Source: Bacteroidia bacterium (GTDB lineage: Bacteria; Bacteroidota; Bacteroidia; M30B66). From it: a stretch of 64,000 nt of DNA. The DNA lies in contig OZ257142.1 in NCBI GenBank assembly GCA_965279035.1, positions 1,088,001 through 1,152,000 of the forward strand, read 5' to 3'. The notes beneath the pieces were generated by a model, which was not told the origin of the DNA, did no database searches, and was given only the letters and a program-made list of their open reading frames with translations. Both the position numbers and the translations under genes were made by a program. Positions 1 through 9,109 of this stretch are shown piece by piece; the stretch's first letter is position 1, and every line of letters begins with the position of its first letter.

Positions 1-503
1 AAACCAAACACTAATATAGTACGCAAGATTGCCCAGTCGTTTGAACGTTCCTTTACAATGCGCTCTGCTTCGGCTTTCGACCAACCATAATACGATACCG
101 GATTGGCCTCCGCTTCTTCATCATACGGACCATTCTCCCCATCAAAAATGAAATCAGTTGAAAGGTGAATGAAATGCGTTTTGTTTCGATTACAGGCTTC
201 CACCAAATATTCAACAGCCGTTATGTTCAGCAAAACGCATCCTTCTTTATCGGTTTCACAGGCATCCACATTCGTCATGGCAGCCGTATTAATCACCACA
301 TCCGGACGATATTGATCAATCACGCTATCCACATCGGCTTTGTTACCAATGTCCATCGGAACATAGGTGTATCCTTCGCGCAAAATGAGTCGGTTTTCGC
401 CTTTGGCTGTGGCAATCAATTCAACACCCGAACGACCAACACTTTTGTAAACGAGTTTTTGTCCGAGTAATCCGTTGCTTCCGGTAATGAGGATACGTTT
501 CAT
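1..503 (-). CDS. rfbD: dTDP-4-dehydrorhamnose reductase (SDR family), partial; 3' end lies outside the window
   Basis: Not in the ORF track. Manual translation from ATG at 503: MKRILITGSNGLLGQKLV...INTAAMTNVDACE...HLSTDFIFDG...YYGWSKAEAE, showing the GxxGxxG, STDxVFDG-like and YxxxK motifs of RmlD/RfbD. Confidence 0.9.
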   Translation of the reverse strand, partial: MKRILITGSNGLLGQKLVYKSVGRSGVELIATAKGENRLILREGYTYVPMDIGNKADVDSVIDQYRPDVVINTAAMTNVDACETDKEGCVLLNITAVEYLVEACNRNKTHFIHLSTDFIFDGENGPYDEEAEANPVSYYGWSKAEAERIVKERSNDWAILRTILVFG

Positions 504-557
504 GCCCTATGAGTGGATAGATTTTGGGGTGAAAATACCGAAAAGGAATGGGGAAGT

Positions 558-688
558 TGAGAGTAAAAAGTAATAAAGTACAAAGTAGTTGAGTATAAAG
601 TAGAAAAGTAAAAAGTAGGAAAGTAAAAAGTAGGAAAGTAAAAAGTAGGAAAGTAAAAAGAGGTAAAGTAGAAAAGTAGAAAGTATTA
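558..688 (+). repeat. Degenerate heptamer tandem array (AAAGTAG/AAAGTAA type)
   Basis: Runs such as aaagtaa taaagta caaagtag ... aaaaagtaggaaagt x3 ... aaagtagaaaagtagaaagtat are read directly. Confidence 0.9.
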
Positions 689-704
689 AGACTGTTTTAA
701 ACTC

Positions 705-833
705 GGGCATTCGTTGACCTCACCCCCGGCCCCTCTCCGCGGGAGAGGGGAGTTTTAATCCGTGAATTAATGAGGCTTAGCAGTTTTTCTCATACATCGT
801 AAATCGGATAGCGAAGCGGTCGTAAATCGAAAT
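705..833 (-). repeat. Dispersed REP-like element, copy E1 (TTTACGA head plus CCCCTCTCC/GGAGAGGGG hairpin)
   Basis: The reverse complement aligns by eye with 29223-29324 and 40845-40984, and starts right after the stop codon of the 834..2303 gene. Confidence 0.85.
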
Positions 834-2303
834 TCAATTCACCTTTAATACCTTCTCTGTCACTATAATCTCATCGCCCTTTAAAACCCGACAATAATAA
901 ATGCCAGTAGCCAATGAAGAAATACTCAGGCTATGCACTCCTATGTTAGTGAAGCTTTCCTGTTGAACAAGGCGCCCAGTTGCATCCAGTAGTTGAGCGG
1001 TATACGCTGAGCCAGCAGTTTCCAAATCTATGCGCAGCCAGTTTGTTGCTGGGTTGGGATAAATCGTAACAGCATCGGGGAAGGGTGCATCTTCGATTCC
1101 TACACCACAGTTGGCTGGATCAAGGCAACCATCGGCATCGAGTTTTACTACCCAAGCATTTTGTCCACCGCAGCAAAAATCATCATCAGCAGCCCCGCTT
1201 ATCAATAAGCCGCCATCTTTCGTCTCAATGAAGTCAAGAAAAAAATCAGCTCCATTGCCGTGGTCGTATTCTTTTCGCCAAAGTAAATTTCCCAAGGAGT
1301 CTGTTTTCATAATAAAGCCAGCATTTATTGTAGTTGTATTTATGCCAACAGAAACAACACCTCCATCAGAAACTTTGCGACCGATATAGTTTTCATTGTT
1401 GTACAACGATGTATAAGTCTTATTAAAAATTATATTACCAACAAGATCGGTCATTACTAGTTTTGGTCCACCAGCTTGGTATTTATAACCAGAAAAAAGC
1501 AATTTATCTGGTCCAAACCGGCTCATTCCTCCTTCTGTAATTTGGGATAATTGCCATCCGTCTTGCCGAATTCCATTCTCATCTAGTTTTATTAAATACT
1601 CGTATCCAACATCACTAGTGAAAGCTGTTCCAGCTACACCCGCTACCAAAAAACCTCCACCATCTGCATTAATAATTGACTTTGGCAAATCAGCAATATT
1701 CTCATTTATTAAGGATTCAGAGAGTAATTGTCCATCTTCGCTTAATTTGACAAAGTACCCATCGTGATCATTTGTTGTTGTAAAATATCCGCGAGAAGCT
1801 ATTAATGCAAAGTCGCCTTGAGGTGTTTCAATTAAATCCTTTGGTGTGTCAAAATACAATGAATCAGTGTGATAATAAGACCATATCGTGTCTTGCAAAT
1901 CCGGACTTAGTTTTAAAACAAAAATCTGATTTCCCCCTGTTCCTCCAATTCTGCTTCGGGTATCGAACAAGATTAAATTTCCGTCATGGCACTTAATTAA
2001 CGATCCAACACTTAGAAATCTTCTTGATGCATCATGCTTGAAATTGTCAAGGACAATTTCTCCCTGATCATCAAATGCATGTACACGTTCAAAACCGCCA
2101 TCTTCCAAATACAAGCTGTAACCCGAACTAGAAATACAATAGCGTCCACTATCCAACTCGATTGGACGAGATGGAAGTCCTCCAAAAACTCCGGTATCAT
2201 TGTAAGTTCTTGCAAAAGTTGGAACCTGCGTTAACAAAGATTGAAATGAAAAAAGAAGAGCTAATGCAATCAAGTTTTTCATTACGCCTTTAATATGTTG
2301 CAT
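834..2303 (-). CDS. Secreted beta-propeller-like protein with a T9SS type A C-terminal sorting domain
   Basis: Signal peptide; repeated DxxxTxDGGxLIxG blades; C-terminus IYPNPAT...LATGIYY...KVLKVN. The true start may be the second Met (MKNL). Confidence 0.85.
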   Translation of the reverse strand: MQHIKGVMKNLIALALLFSFQSLLTQVPTFARTYNDTGVFGGLPSRPIELDSGRYCISSSGYSLYLEDGGFERVHAFDDQGEIVLDNFKHDASRRFLSVGSLIKCHDGNLILFDTRSRIGGTGGNQIFVLKLSPDLQDTIWSYYHTDSLYFDTPKDLIETPQGDFALIASRGYFTTTNDHDGYFVKLSEDGQLLSESLINENIADLPKSIINADGGGFLVAGVAGTAFTSDVGYEYLIKLDENGIRQDGWQLSQITEGGMSRFGPDKLLFSGYKYQAGGPKLVMTDLVGNIIFNKTYTSLYNNENYIGRKVSDGGVVSVGINTTTINAGFIMKTDSLGNLLWRKEYDHGNGADFFLDFIETKDGGLLISGAADDDFCCGGQNAWVVKLDADGCLDPANCGVGIEDAPFPDAVTIYPNPATNWLRIDLETAGSAYTAQLLDATGRLVQQESFTNIGVHSLSISSLATGIYYCRVLKGDEIIVTEKVLKVN

Positions 2304-2509
2304 GTCTATTACCTATTTGTCCTCGCCACGGAGTTCTCTTAAATAAAGTCTTTCAACGATTTTCCGTGAAAAATTCTTTTTACTCTCTTCTCCCTTCTTT
2401 CTACTTGTCCTTGCCTAAAATAGGTTGACTTTTTATTATCACTTTCTACTTTGTTAAAGTAGTTTATTGTTTGTTGTTTTAAGTTTCTTTTTTGGTTCTT
2501 TTTTCTTTG

Positions 2510-3376
2510 TTAAGAAGTTGTATTTCTGTTGATATTTCCTGAATTCCAGTTATATATGGTCATAGAAGGATTTTGATTTCTTTGGTTATTCACTTTTTCA
2601 TATTCAGTAGGTGTTAGCATGCCTAATTCACTGTGTGGTCGTTCATTATTGTAAAGATCCATTGCCTTTTTTGCCATCTCATTGAGATTGCTTTTGGTTA
2701 GATTCCATTGAAGTAAGTACTCGTTTTTTATGATGCCATTTATTCGTTCAACATAAGCATTTTCTTGTGCTATTGACGCCATACTGATTCGTATTCCTTT
2801 GCTTTTTAGCATCTCTTTATGCATCGTGCTGATGTATTGTGAACCTCGATCAGAATGAAAAATGCAATTATCTAAATCGTGCCCTTTCCTTATTTTAAAG
2901 GCTTTTCTAAGTGCTTTGATATTTTCCTCCGCTCTTAAGCTTGGAGACAGATGTAGAGCTAATAAGCGCCTTGAATAGACATCTTCAATACAGATTCCAT
3001 AATGATGTGCATGCTCTACATCGAGATAAAATATGTCAGATTGCCAAAGCATATTCACATCATTAATCGTTATTCCATTTATCAGATTGTCATATATCTC
3101 AACGCGTTGAGACCAAGTCGTTCGTATTGGATTTCTCTTCTTCTTAACCTTATATCCGTACCTAAAACCAATCCGCTCAAAAGCATCCCTACCTATTGGA
3201 TGGCGTTGTGGATCCATAAAATAGATCTTTCTACAACCCATTTGGCGATGATTATGACGCACTTTTGATATGTAACGAACGATACTTTCTTCCACCTTTA
3301 ATTGGTCGCGACTTCGTCTTTCACTCTTCCAAAGTGCTTGCTTACTAAGGCCTGCCACTTCTAACAGACTCTTCAT
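2510..3376 (-). CDS. IS3 OrfB, DDE integrase-core transposase
   Basis: WQSDIFY, DVYSRR, FHSDRGSQY, ENAYVERINGIIKNE and YNNERPHSEL motifs. Confidence 0.95.
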   Translation of the reverse strand: MKSLLEVAGLSKQALWKSERRSRDQLKVEESIVRYISKVRHNHRQMGCRKIYFMDPQRHPIGRDAFERIGFRYGYKVKKKRNPIRTTWSQRVEIYDNLINGITINDVNMLWQSDIFYLDVEHAHHYGICIEDVYSRRLLALHLSPSLRAEENIKALRKAFKIRKGHDLDNCIFHSDRGSQYISTMHKEMLKSKGIRISMASIAQENAYVERINGIIKNEYLLQWNLTKSNLNEMAKKAMDLYNNERPHSELGMLTPTEYEKVNNQRNQNPSMTIYNWNSGNINRNTTS

Positions 3377-3795
3377 TTTGTACCCGTGCTTTTGTCCTTT
3401 TGTGGATCGGAACCAGAGTAAGGCTGGTTTAATAAATTTTTTTTTAAATCAGTTTGGAACTCCTCATTTGCTAACTCAATGACCTTGCTCAATAAATCAA
3501 GTTCCATCTGTTTTCGGCCCAATGCGGCTTCCAATTCACGGATGCGCTGCTCAAGCTCTTTGCTTTTGTATGATTCGCTTTGCACTTCCACTACTAAGAT
3601 TTTTCCTCTCTTCAAATATCGACTATATTGATAAATCCATCGATAAACTGAAGTTATTGTTACTCCTAGTTCCTGGGCTACTTTAGATACTGAAGCCACT
3701 CCGGATTCAATATCCTTAACTGTTTGACGCTTTAATTCTTCACTAAAAACTCTTCGTGGCCGAATTACTTCTTTGCGATTTAAATGCTTTTTCAT
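3373..3795 (-). CDS. IS3 OrfA, HTH plus leucine zipper
   Basis: RRVFSEELK...VAQELGVTITSVYRW HTH; coiled coil; A9 slippery run at 3437-3445. Confidence 0.92.
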   Translation of the reverse strand: MKKHLNRKEVIRPRRVFSEELKRQTVKDIESGVASVSKVAQELGVTITSVYRWIYQYSRYLKRGKILVVEVQSESYKSKELEQRIRELEAALGRKQMELDLLSKVIELANEEFQTDLKKNLLNQPYSGSDPQKDKSTGTK

Positions 3796-3843
3796 GTCCC
3801 GTTTTTTAAGTTGATTTTGGTCAACCTATTTCAGTCACGGACA

Positions 3844-3891
3844 ACTCTTTACTCTCTACTTTGTACTTTCTACTTTTTACTCTCTACTAAT
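3844..3891 (-). repeat. Heptamer array (CTACTTT/TACTCTC on +), continuing at about 2374-2405 across the IS3; inverted relative to 558-688
   Basis: actctttactctctactttgtactttctactttttactctctactaat lies directly after the stop of the PspC-like gene. Confidence 0.85.
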
Positions 3892-4113
3892 CTAAAGATC
3901 CCAAACCCGCGTCTTGCTCGATTGAATCAAGTTCTTGATGCGCAGAATAAAGGCCATGTGCAAATACACAATAATGGGTGAGCCTAAGGTGAGGAAGGAG
4001 GCGTAGATGAAGAACAATCGAATTTGTGATGACTTCATTCGGAGCTTATCGCCCAGCCAGGTGCAAACGCCAAATGCTTGTCGCTCAAAAAAATCGGAGA
4101 TAGACTGAATCAT
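3892..4113 (-). CDS. Small PspC-domain membrane protein
   Basis: From ATG 4113: MIQSISDFFERQAFGVCTWLGDKLRMKSSQIRLFFIYASF...; the FGVCxxLG and IRLxFI pattern fits PspC. Confidence 0.8.
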   Translation of the reverse strand: MIQSISDFFERQAFGVCTWLGDKLRMKSSQIRLFFIYASFLTLGSPIIVYLHMAFILRIKNLIQSSKTRVWDL

Positions 4114-4203
4114 GGTTTGGCGTTGTTCTATGTGTTGGCTAATATAGCGAAAAGGATTTCTGATTACAAGCAAGCAAATCACATTCAGAACCGACTCTTT
4201 CTC

Positions 4204-4211
4204 TACCTTTG
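4204..4211 (+). promoter_or_regulatory. Bacteroidota -7 promoter box for pruA
   Basis: TACCTTTG matches TAnnTTTG, 17 nt upstream of the ATG. Confidence 0.6.
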
Positions 4212-4228
4212 CGGTCCAAAATCACGTC

Positions 4229-5860
4229 ATGATCAAAGGTTTTTTTCATCTCCCAAAAGCTGTAAATGAACCGGTAAAGAGCTATGCTCCCGGCAGCGCA
4301 GAAAAAACAGAACTGAAAGCCATGTTGCAACATCTGCAGTCGGTGCAGCTCGATATCCCCATGGAAATTGGTGGTCGTTCTGTATTCACCGATCAGAAAA
4401 TTGAGTTGCGCCAACCACATAAACGCAAACATGTACTTGGAACTTTTTCGCGAGGAACCGAGCAGCATGTAAAAGATGCAATTGATGCGGCATTAGCTGC
4501 CAAAGCCAATTGGGAAAAAATGAGCTGGGAAAACCGTGCTGCCATTTTCCTCAAAGCGGCCGATTTAATTGCTGGTCCTTATCGTGCTCGTTTGAATGCA
4601 GCTACTATGTTGGGGCAATCGAAAAGTGCTTATCAAGCAGAGATCGATTCGGCTTGCGAAATCATCGACTTCTTGCGCTTTAACGTGCAGTACATGAGTC
4701 AGATTTATTCGCAACAACCCGAATCTTCTGCAGGAATTTGGAACCGTTTGGAGCAACGTCCGCTGGAAGGATTTGTCTTTGCGTTAACGCCATTTAACTT
4801 CACTGCTATTGCAGGAAATCTTCCAACTTCTGCAGCCATGATGGGCAATGTAGTGGTTTGGAAACCTGCCGATACGCAAATTTATGCTGCGCATGTGTTG
4901 ATGGAAATTTTCAAAGAAGCAGGTGTGCCAGCTGGGGTAATCAACCTCGTTTTTGTAAGCGGACCAACGGCTGGAAATGTGATTTTCTCGCATCCTGATT
5001 TTGCGGGTATTCACTTCACTGGATCAACAGGCGTTTTCCAAAACATCTGGAAAACCATTGGAGATAATATTCACAAGTACAAAACCTATCCACGCATTGT
5101 TGGCGAAACAGGCGGGAAAGATTTTATCATGGTGCATTCTTCGGCACAACCTGCTGTGGTAGCTACTGCCATTGCACGTGGTGCCTTCGAATACCAAGGA
5201 CAAAAATGTTCTGCTGCTTCTCGCTGCTATGTTCCTGATAATATTTGGCCAGCTGTAAAAGAGCAATTGGTTCGCGATATGGCGAGCTTCAAAATGGGGC
5301 CAGTAGACGATTTTAGCAATTTCATCAATGCCGTAATCGATGAGAAATCCTTCGATAAGTTGGCTGCATACATCGATGCTGCGAAGAACGATCCGAATGT
5401 CGAAATCGTTGCCGGTGGAATCTACGATAAGAGCGAAGGCTACTTCATTGCACCAACTGTAATCTTGGCTAAAGATCCGAAGTACACGACCATGTGCGAG
5501 GAATTGTTTGGACCAGTGGTTACTATATATGTATACGAAGCCGCTAAGTTTTCCGAAACCTTAAAGCTTGTTGACGAAACTTCAATTTACGCTTTGACGG
5601 GTTCTATCATCAGTCAGGATCGTTATGCTGTGGACGAAGCTACGTATGCACTTCGCAATGCTGCGGGTAATTTCTACATCAACGATAAGCCAACAGGAGC
5701 AGTCGTAGGCCAGCAGCCATTTGGTGGCGCGCGCGGTTCCGGTACAAACGATAAAGCCGGCTCGATGATTAATTTATTACGTTGGGTTTCACCACGTACG
5801 ATCAAAGAGACCTTCGTTCCGCCAACCGATTATCGCTATCCATTCTTAAAGGAAAGCTAA
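4229..5860 (+). CDS. pruA: L-glutamate gamma-semialdehyde (P5C) dehydrogenase
   Basis: ALDH motifs PFNFTAI, FTGSTGVF, GETGGKDF, FEYQGQKCSAASR, EELFGPV and QQPFGGARGSGTNDKAG. Confidence 0.95.
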   Translation: MIKGFFHLPKAVNEPVKSYAPGSAEKTELKAMLQHLQSVQLDIPMEIGGRSVFTDQKIELRQPHKRKHVLGTFSRGTEQHVKDAIDAALAAKANWEKMSWENRAAIFLKAADLIAGPYRARLNAATMLGQSKSAYQAEIDSACEIIDFLRFNVQYMSQIYSQQPESSAGIWNRLEQRPLEGFVFALTPFNFTAIAGNLPTSAAMMGNVVVWKPADTQIYAAHVLMEIFKEAGVPAGVINLVFVSGPTAGNVIFSHPDFAGIHFTGSTGVFQNIWKTIGDNIHKYKTYPRIVGETGGKDFIMVHSSAQPAVVATAIARGAFEYQGQKCSAASRCYVPDNIWPAVKEQLVRDMASFKMGPVDDFSNFINAVIDEKSFDKLAAYIDAAKNDPNVEIVAGGIYDKSEGYFIAPTVILAKDPKYTTMCEELFGPVVTIYVYEAAKFSETLKLVDETSIYALTGSIISQDRYAVDEATYALRNAAGNFYINDKPTGAVVGQQPFGGARGSGTNDKAGSMINLLRWVSPRTIKETFVPPTDYRYPFLKES

Positions 5861-5876
5861 GCAAGTACAAATTTTA

Positions 5877-5916
5877 AACGCCCTATCTGATAATTTAGAT
5901 GGGGCGTTTTTGTTTT
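5877..5916 (+). terminator. Rho-independent terminator
   Basis: aaacgccctatct-gataattt-agatggggcgttt followed by a T run. Confidence 0.8.
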
Positions 5917-5995
5917 TGGGCAGCAAAATCGGGCTATACGTTCCAATCTTTTGCTCGAAACTCACAAAAGGATTTCCACTGCTATCCCGGCTGCT
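5917..5995 (+). repeat. REP-like element (CGGGCT...ATCCC type)
   Basis: cgggctatacgttccaatcttttg...caaaaggatttccactgctatcccggctgc has nested complementarity and resembles 29361-29430. Confidence 0.55.
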
Positions 5996-6201
5996 TCTGC
6001 TAAAATTCAAATGTTCATCAATTATTCAATCGATACATAAAACATCATAAAAAGTGTTTCAATTGCAACCATTTTCCCATGTAAGAAATTAAATGAACTG
6101 AAAATCAGGTCGGTATGAGTTTGTAATAATGCACATGAATCGGTTCTGAGAATGATGTAGAAAGAGACGTGTTTTGTCGGCTTCAACCAACCATCCAAAA
6201 C

Positions 6202-9021
6202 ATGAAGCAGTTTCTTCTTTTCATTATTGCACTTTTATACATCGGATTTGACGCATCCGCTTCTGACGAAAATGCAAGCCAGCTCTACAAAAACGTACAG
6301 CAAAACTTCAAACAAACAGCACCCATTTCCTTTTCCTTGTTCAAGCAATCGTCGCTAGTTTATCAAGCAGGTTCGGTGAGCGGCATCGAAAAAGCGGTTT
6401 TCTTGAATATCGATCCATCCCAAAATCAACAACTCTTCAACTCAAAACCCGAAACCATTCGTTTGAGTATTCCATCACCCGAAAACTCCGAAATCTGGAT
6501 TCTTGAATTGTATCGTTCTCAGATTCTAACCAACGATTTTCAAGTAAAAACATCCGACGGTAAATCCTACAATGCGCCGGATGCGGTGTATTATCAGGGC
6601 ATTTTCAATAACGACCCACATTCCATGGCTGTTGTTTCGATTTTCGAAAATCAGGTTGTTGGAATGTTATCTAATGAACACGGAAACTACGATCTCGGTC
6701 TATACGGTCAAAATCAAACAAACGAGTATGTTTTTTACCGAAGCAACGAATTGAGTAGAAAACTACCGTTCGATTGTCATACTTCCGATGCCAATCAACC
6801 GGTTTCCACAGCAGCTGTTGCAAGCGATTGTCGCATTGTTCGTGTTTACATCGAGTGCGATTATGATTTATACACCAAACGAACATCAAGTATTCCTAAC
6901 GTAACCACCTTTGTTACTGGATTTTTTAATCAAGTTGCTGCTATTTACACCAACGAAAGCATCACCGTTCAAATTTCCGAAATCTACGTTTGGACGAGTA
7001 CCGATCCTTTTATCAGTCAAGCAACATCAAGCGGCGTCTTATCTGCATTTCGAACCACACGCACCAGTTTCAATGGAAATATTGCTCATTTAATTTCTAC
7101 ACGATCAACCAATTTAGGTGGAGTAGCTTATCTCGATGTTTTATGCGGAACTTCATACAAACATGCGTTTAGCAATATTTACAATTCATACGGAAGTTTC
7201 CCAACCTATTCTTGGACTGTAAACTGTTTTGCTCATGAAATGGGGCATAACTTCGGATCAAACCATACTCAATGGTGCGGTTGGACTGGCGGCGCACTCG
7301 ACAATTGCTACACAACCGAAGGCGGATGTGCTGCAGGCCCAGCGCCCGTAAATGGTGGAACCATCATGAGTTATTGTCACATTACAAGTTATGGTGTGAA
7401 TCTAGCCAATGGTTTTGGCACTCAACCTGGAAACGTTATCCTTACAAAATACTCATCAGCAACCTGTTTATCTGGAGGTGCCACTATCAGTATAAGTCCA
7501 GCAACAGCTACGATTTGCTCTGGTTCGTCAATTACATTAACTGCTTCCGGCGGATCGACGTATAGTTGGACTCCAACAACGGGCTTAAATGTATCTAATG
7601 CTGCTACGGTAAGTGCCAATCCATCAACAACAACAACCTATACAGCATCTTCAACTGTCAATAATTGCACGTCAACAGCAAGCCGAACTGTAACTGTTTT
7701 ACCTACAGTAAACCGTGGAACTCTAGCAAGTGGAGATCAAACATTTATTGGTTCGGGAGATCCAACGGCAATTTCATTTTCAACAGCAGCAACAGGAGGT
7801 TCAGGATCTTTTGCATATCAATGGTATTCCAAAGCAGGCATTCAAGCTGCACCAACCGGAACTTCAACAACTGGCTGGACTTTAATAAGTGGAGCAACTT
7901 CTTCAACCTATAATCCAGGTATACAAACTTCTTCTATCTCGTATGCTGTAACGGTTGATGCAACGGGAACTACCGATTGTGGTGGACTTGCTTGGGCTTC
8001 GGGTGTTCGTCAAATTACTGTGAATGTAGGAGTCTTTAATCCAGGAATTTTAGTCGATGCCGATCAAACATTTTGTAGTACAGGTGGAGATCCTGTTTCT
8101 ATTGGTTTTTCGGTTGCGCCAAGTGGAGCAAGTTCATATTCGTACCAATGGTATTATCAAAATGGAATCGTTACAGATCCAACAGGTAGCTCCACAACTG
8201 GCTGGACAATCATCAATGGAGCAACAGCTTCTTCATATGATCCAACTCCGGGATTAACGCAAAGCAGAACCTATGTGTGTCGTGTTACGCCTTCGCCTGG
8301 GACTGCAAGTTGGGCCAATGGATCACGACAAATTACTGTTCTTCCAGCATTCAACCCTGGAACTGTAACAAGTGCTGATCAGAGTTTTTGTACAAGTGGA
8401 AATCCAGCATCGATAACTTTATCTACAAATCCTGTTGGTTCTGGCGGTTACACATGGCGTTGGTATTTTAAAGAGAGCTCTGCAGCTGCTTGTCCAACTG
8501 GAAATTCAATCACAGGATGGTCAACCAATTCATCAAGTACCAATATCAGTGGAACTACATTAAGTGGAGCAGGAATTACGTTCGATCCAATTTCGGCTGG
8601 TACATTGAATAATGGAAGAACCTTCGCTGTTCTCATTACTCCAATTGCAAACGGAAATATTCCTGCTTGCGGAACTGCTGCTTGGGCAAACAATTGTCGC
8701 AAAACATTTGTAACGAGCTGTATTGGAACAATGCCAGGCGAAGAACAGATTGATGCAAAGCAACCCGAGCTTGGTCAAAGCTTTCCGAATCCAACCAATT
8801 CTAATTCAACCATTGTTTATTCCTTACCTGAATCTTTCTCAGGTGCTCACATCATATTCTATGATCAATTGGGAAGAATATTAGCAGATCAACTAGTACC
8901 AACAGGAATCGAAAATACGTTTGAATTCAAGGGTGAATTTTTTCCTTCAGGTACTTATTACTATAGTTTAGTTTATGCCGGAACGAAATTGGCAACTAAG
9001 AAATTAGTGTTAATTCACTAA
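6202..9021 (+). CDS. Secreted M12/reprolysin-like zinc metalloprotease with Ig-like repeats and a T9SS sorting domain
   Basis: Signal peptide from ATG 6202; prodomain; HEMGHNFGSNH zinc motif and GTIMSY Met-turn; three DQxF..GxP..YxWY repeats; FPNP...GTYYY...KKLVLIH C-terminus. Confidence 0.9.
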   Translation: MKQFLLFIIALLYIGFDASASDENASQLYKNVQQNFKQTAPISFSLFKQSSLVYQAGSVSGIEKAVFLNIDPSQNQQLFNSKPETIRLSIPSPENSEIWILELYRSQILTNDFQVKTSDGKSYNAPDAVYYQGIFNNDPHSMAVVSIFENQVVGMLSNEHGNYDLGLYGQNQTNEYVFYRSNELSRKLPFDCHTSDANQPVSTAAVASDCRIVRVYIECDYDLYTKRTSSIPNVTTFVTGFFNQVAAIYTNESITVQISEIYVWTSTDPFISQATSSGVLSAFRTTRTSFNGNIAHLISTRSTNLGGVAYLDVLCGTSYKHAFSNIYNSYGSFPTYSWTVNCFAHEMGHNFGSNHTQWCGWTGGALDNCYTTEGGCAAGPAPVNGGTIMSYCHITSYGVNLANGFGTQPGNVILTKYSSATCLSGGATISISPATATICSGSSITLTASGGSTYSWTPTTGLNVSNAATVSANPSTTTTYTASSTVNNCTSTASRTVTVLPTVNRGTLASGDQTFIGSGDPTAISFSTAATGGSGSFAYQWYSKAGIQAAPTGTSTTGWTLISGATSSTYNPGIQTSSISYAVTVDATGTTDCGGLAWASGVRQITVNVGVFNPGILVDADQTFCSTGGDPVSIGFSVAPSGASSYSYQWYYQNGIVTDPTGSSTTGWTIINGATASSYDPTPGLTQSRTYVCRVTPSPGTASWANGSRQITVLPAFNPGTVTSADQSFCTSGNPASITLSTNPVGSGGYTWRWYFKESSAAACPTGNSITGWSTNSSSTNISGTTLSGAGITFDPISAGTLNNGRTFAVLITPIANGNIPACGTAAWANNCRKTFVTSCIGTMPGEEQIDAKQPELGQSFPNPTNSNSTIVYSLPESFSGAHIIFYDQLGRILADQLVPTGIENTFEFKGEFFPSGTYYYSLVYAGTKLATKKLVLIH

Positions 9022-9048
9022 AAGTTGAGGCAGGTTTTAGGTTAAAAA

Positions 9049-9093
9049 GAAATCCCGACCAGTTTTGCATTAAGCTTTACTGATCGGGATTTT
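9049..9093. terminator. Probable bidirectional terminator between convergent genes
   Basis: aaatcccgaccagt...actgatcgggattt inverted repeat. Confidence 0.65.
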
Positions 9094-9109
9094 AAGTTAA
9101 GTAATCGAT

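Larger units (their letters stand above)
2406..3843 (-). mobile_element. IS3-family insertion sequence, copy 1 (1438 bp)
   Basis: TG...CA ends; imperfect IRs TGTCCTTGCCTAAAATAGGTTGAC / TGTCCGTGACTGAAATAGGTTGAC; 3-bp target duplication ACT; orfA plus orfB. Confidence 0.95.

Noticed and set aside
165-470. 101-aa plus-strand ORF, and the many similar short antisense ORFs in the track
   Set aside because: These are shadow ORFs opposite or inside well-supported genes (here rfbD).
507-710. 67-aa hydrophobic ORF (LLSYF repeats)
   Set aside because: It is simply the translation of the heptamer array; no independent coding evidence.
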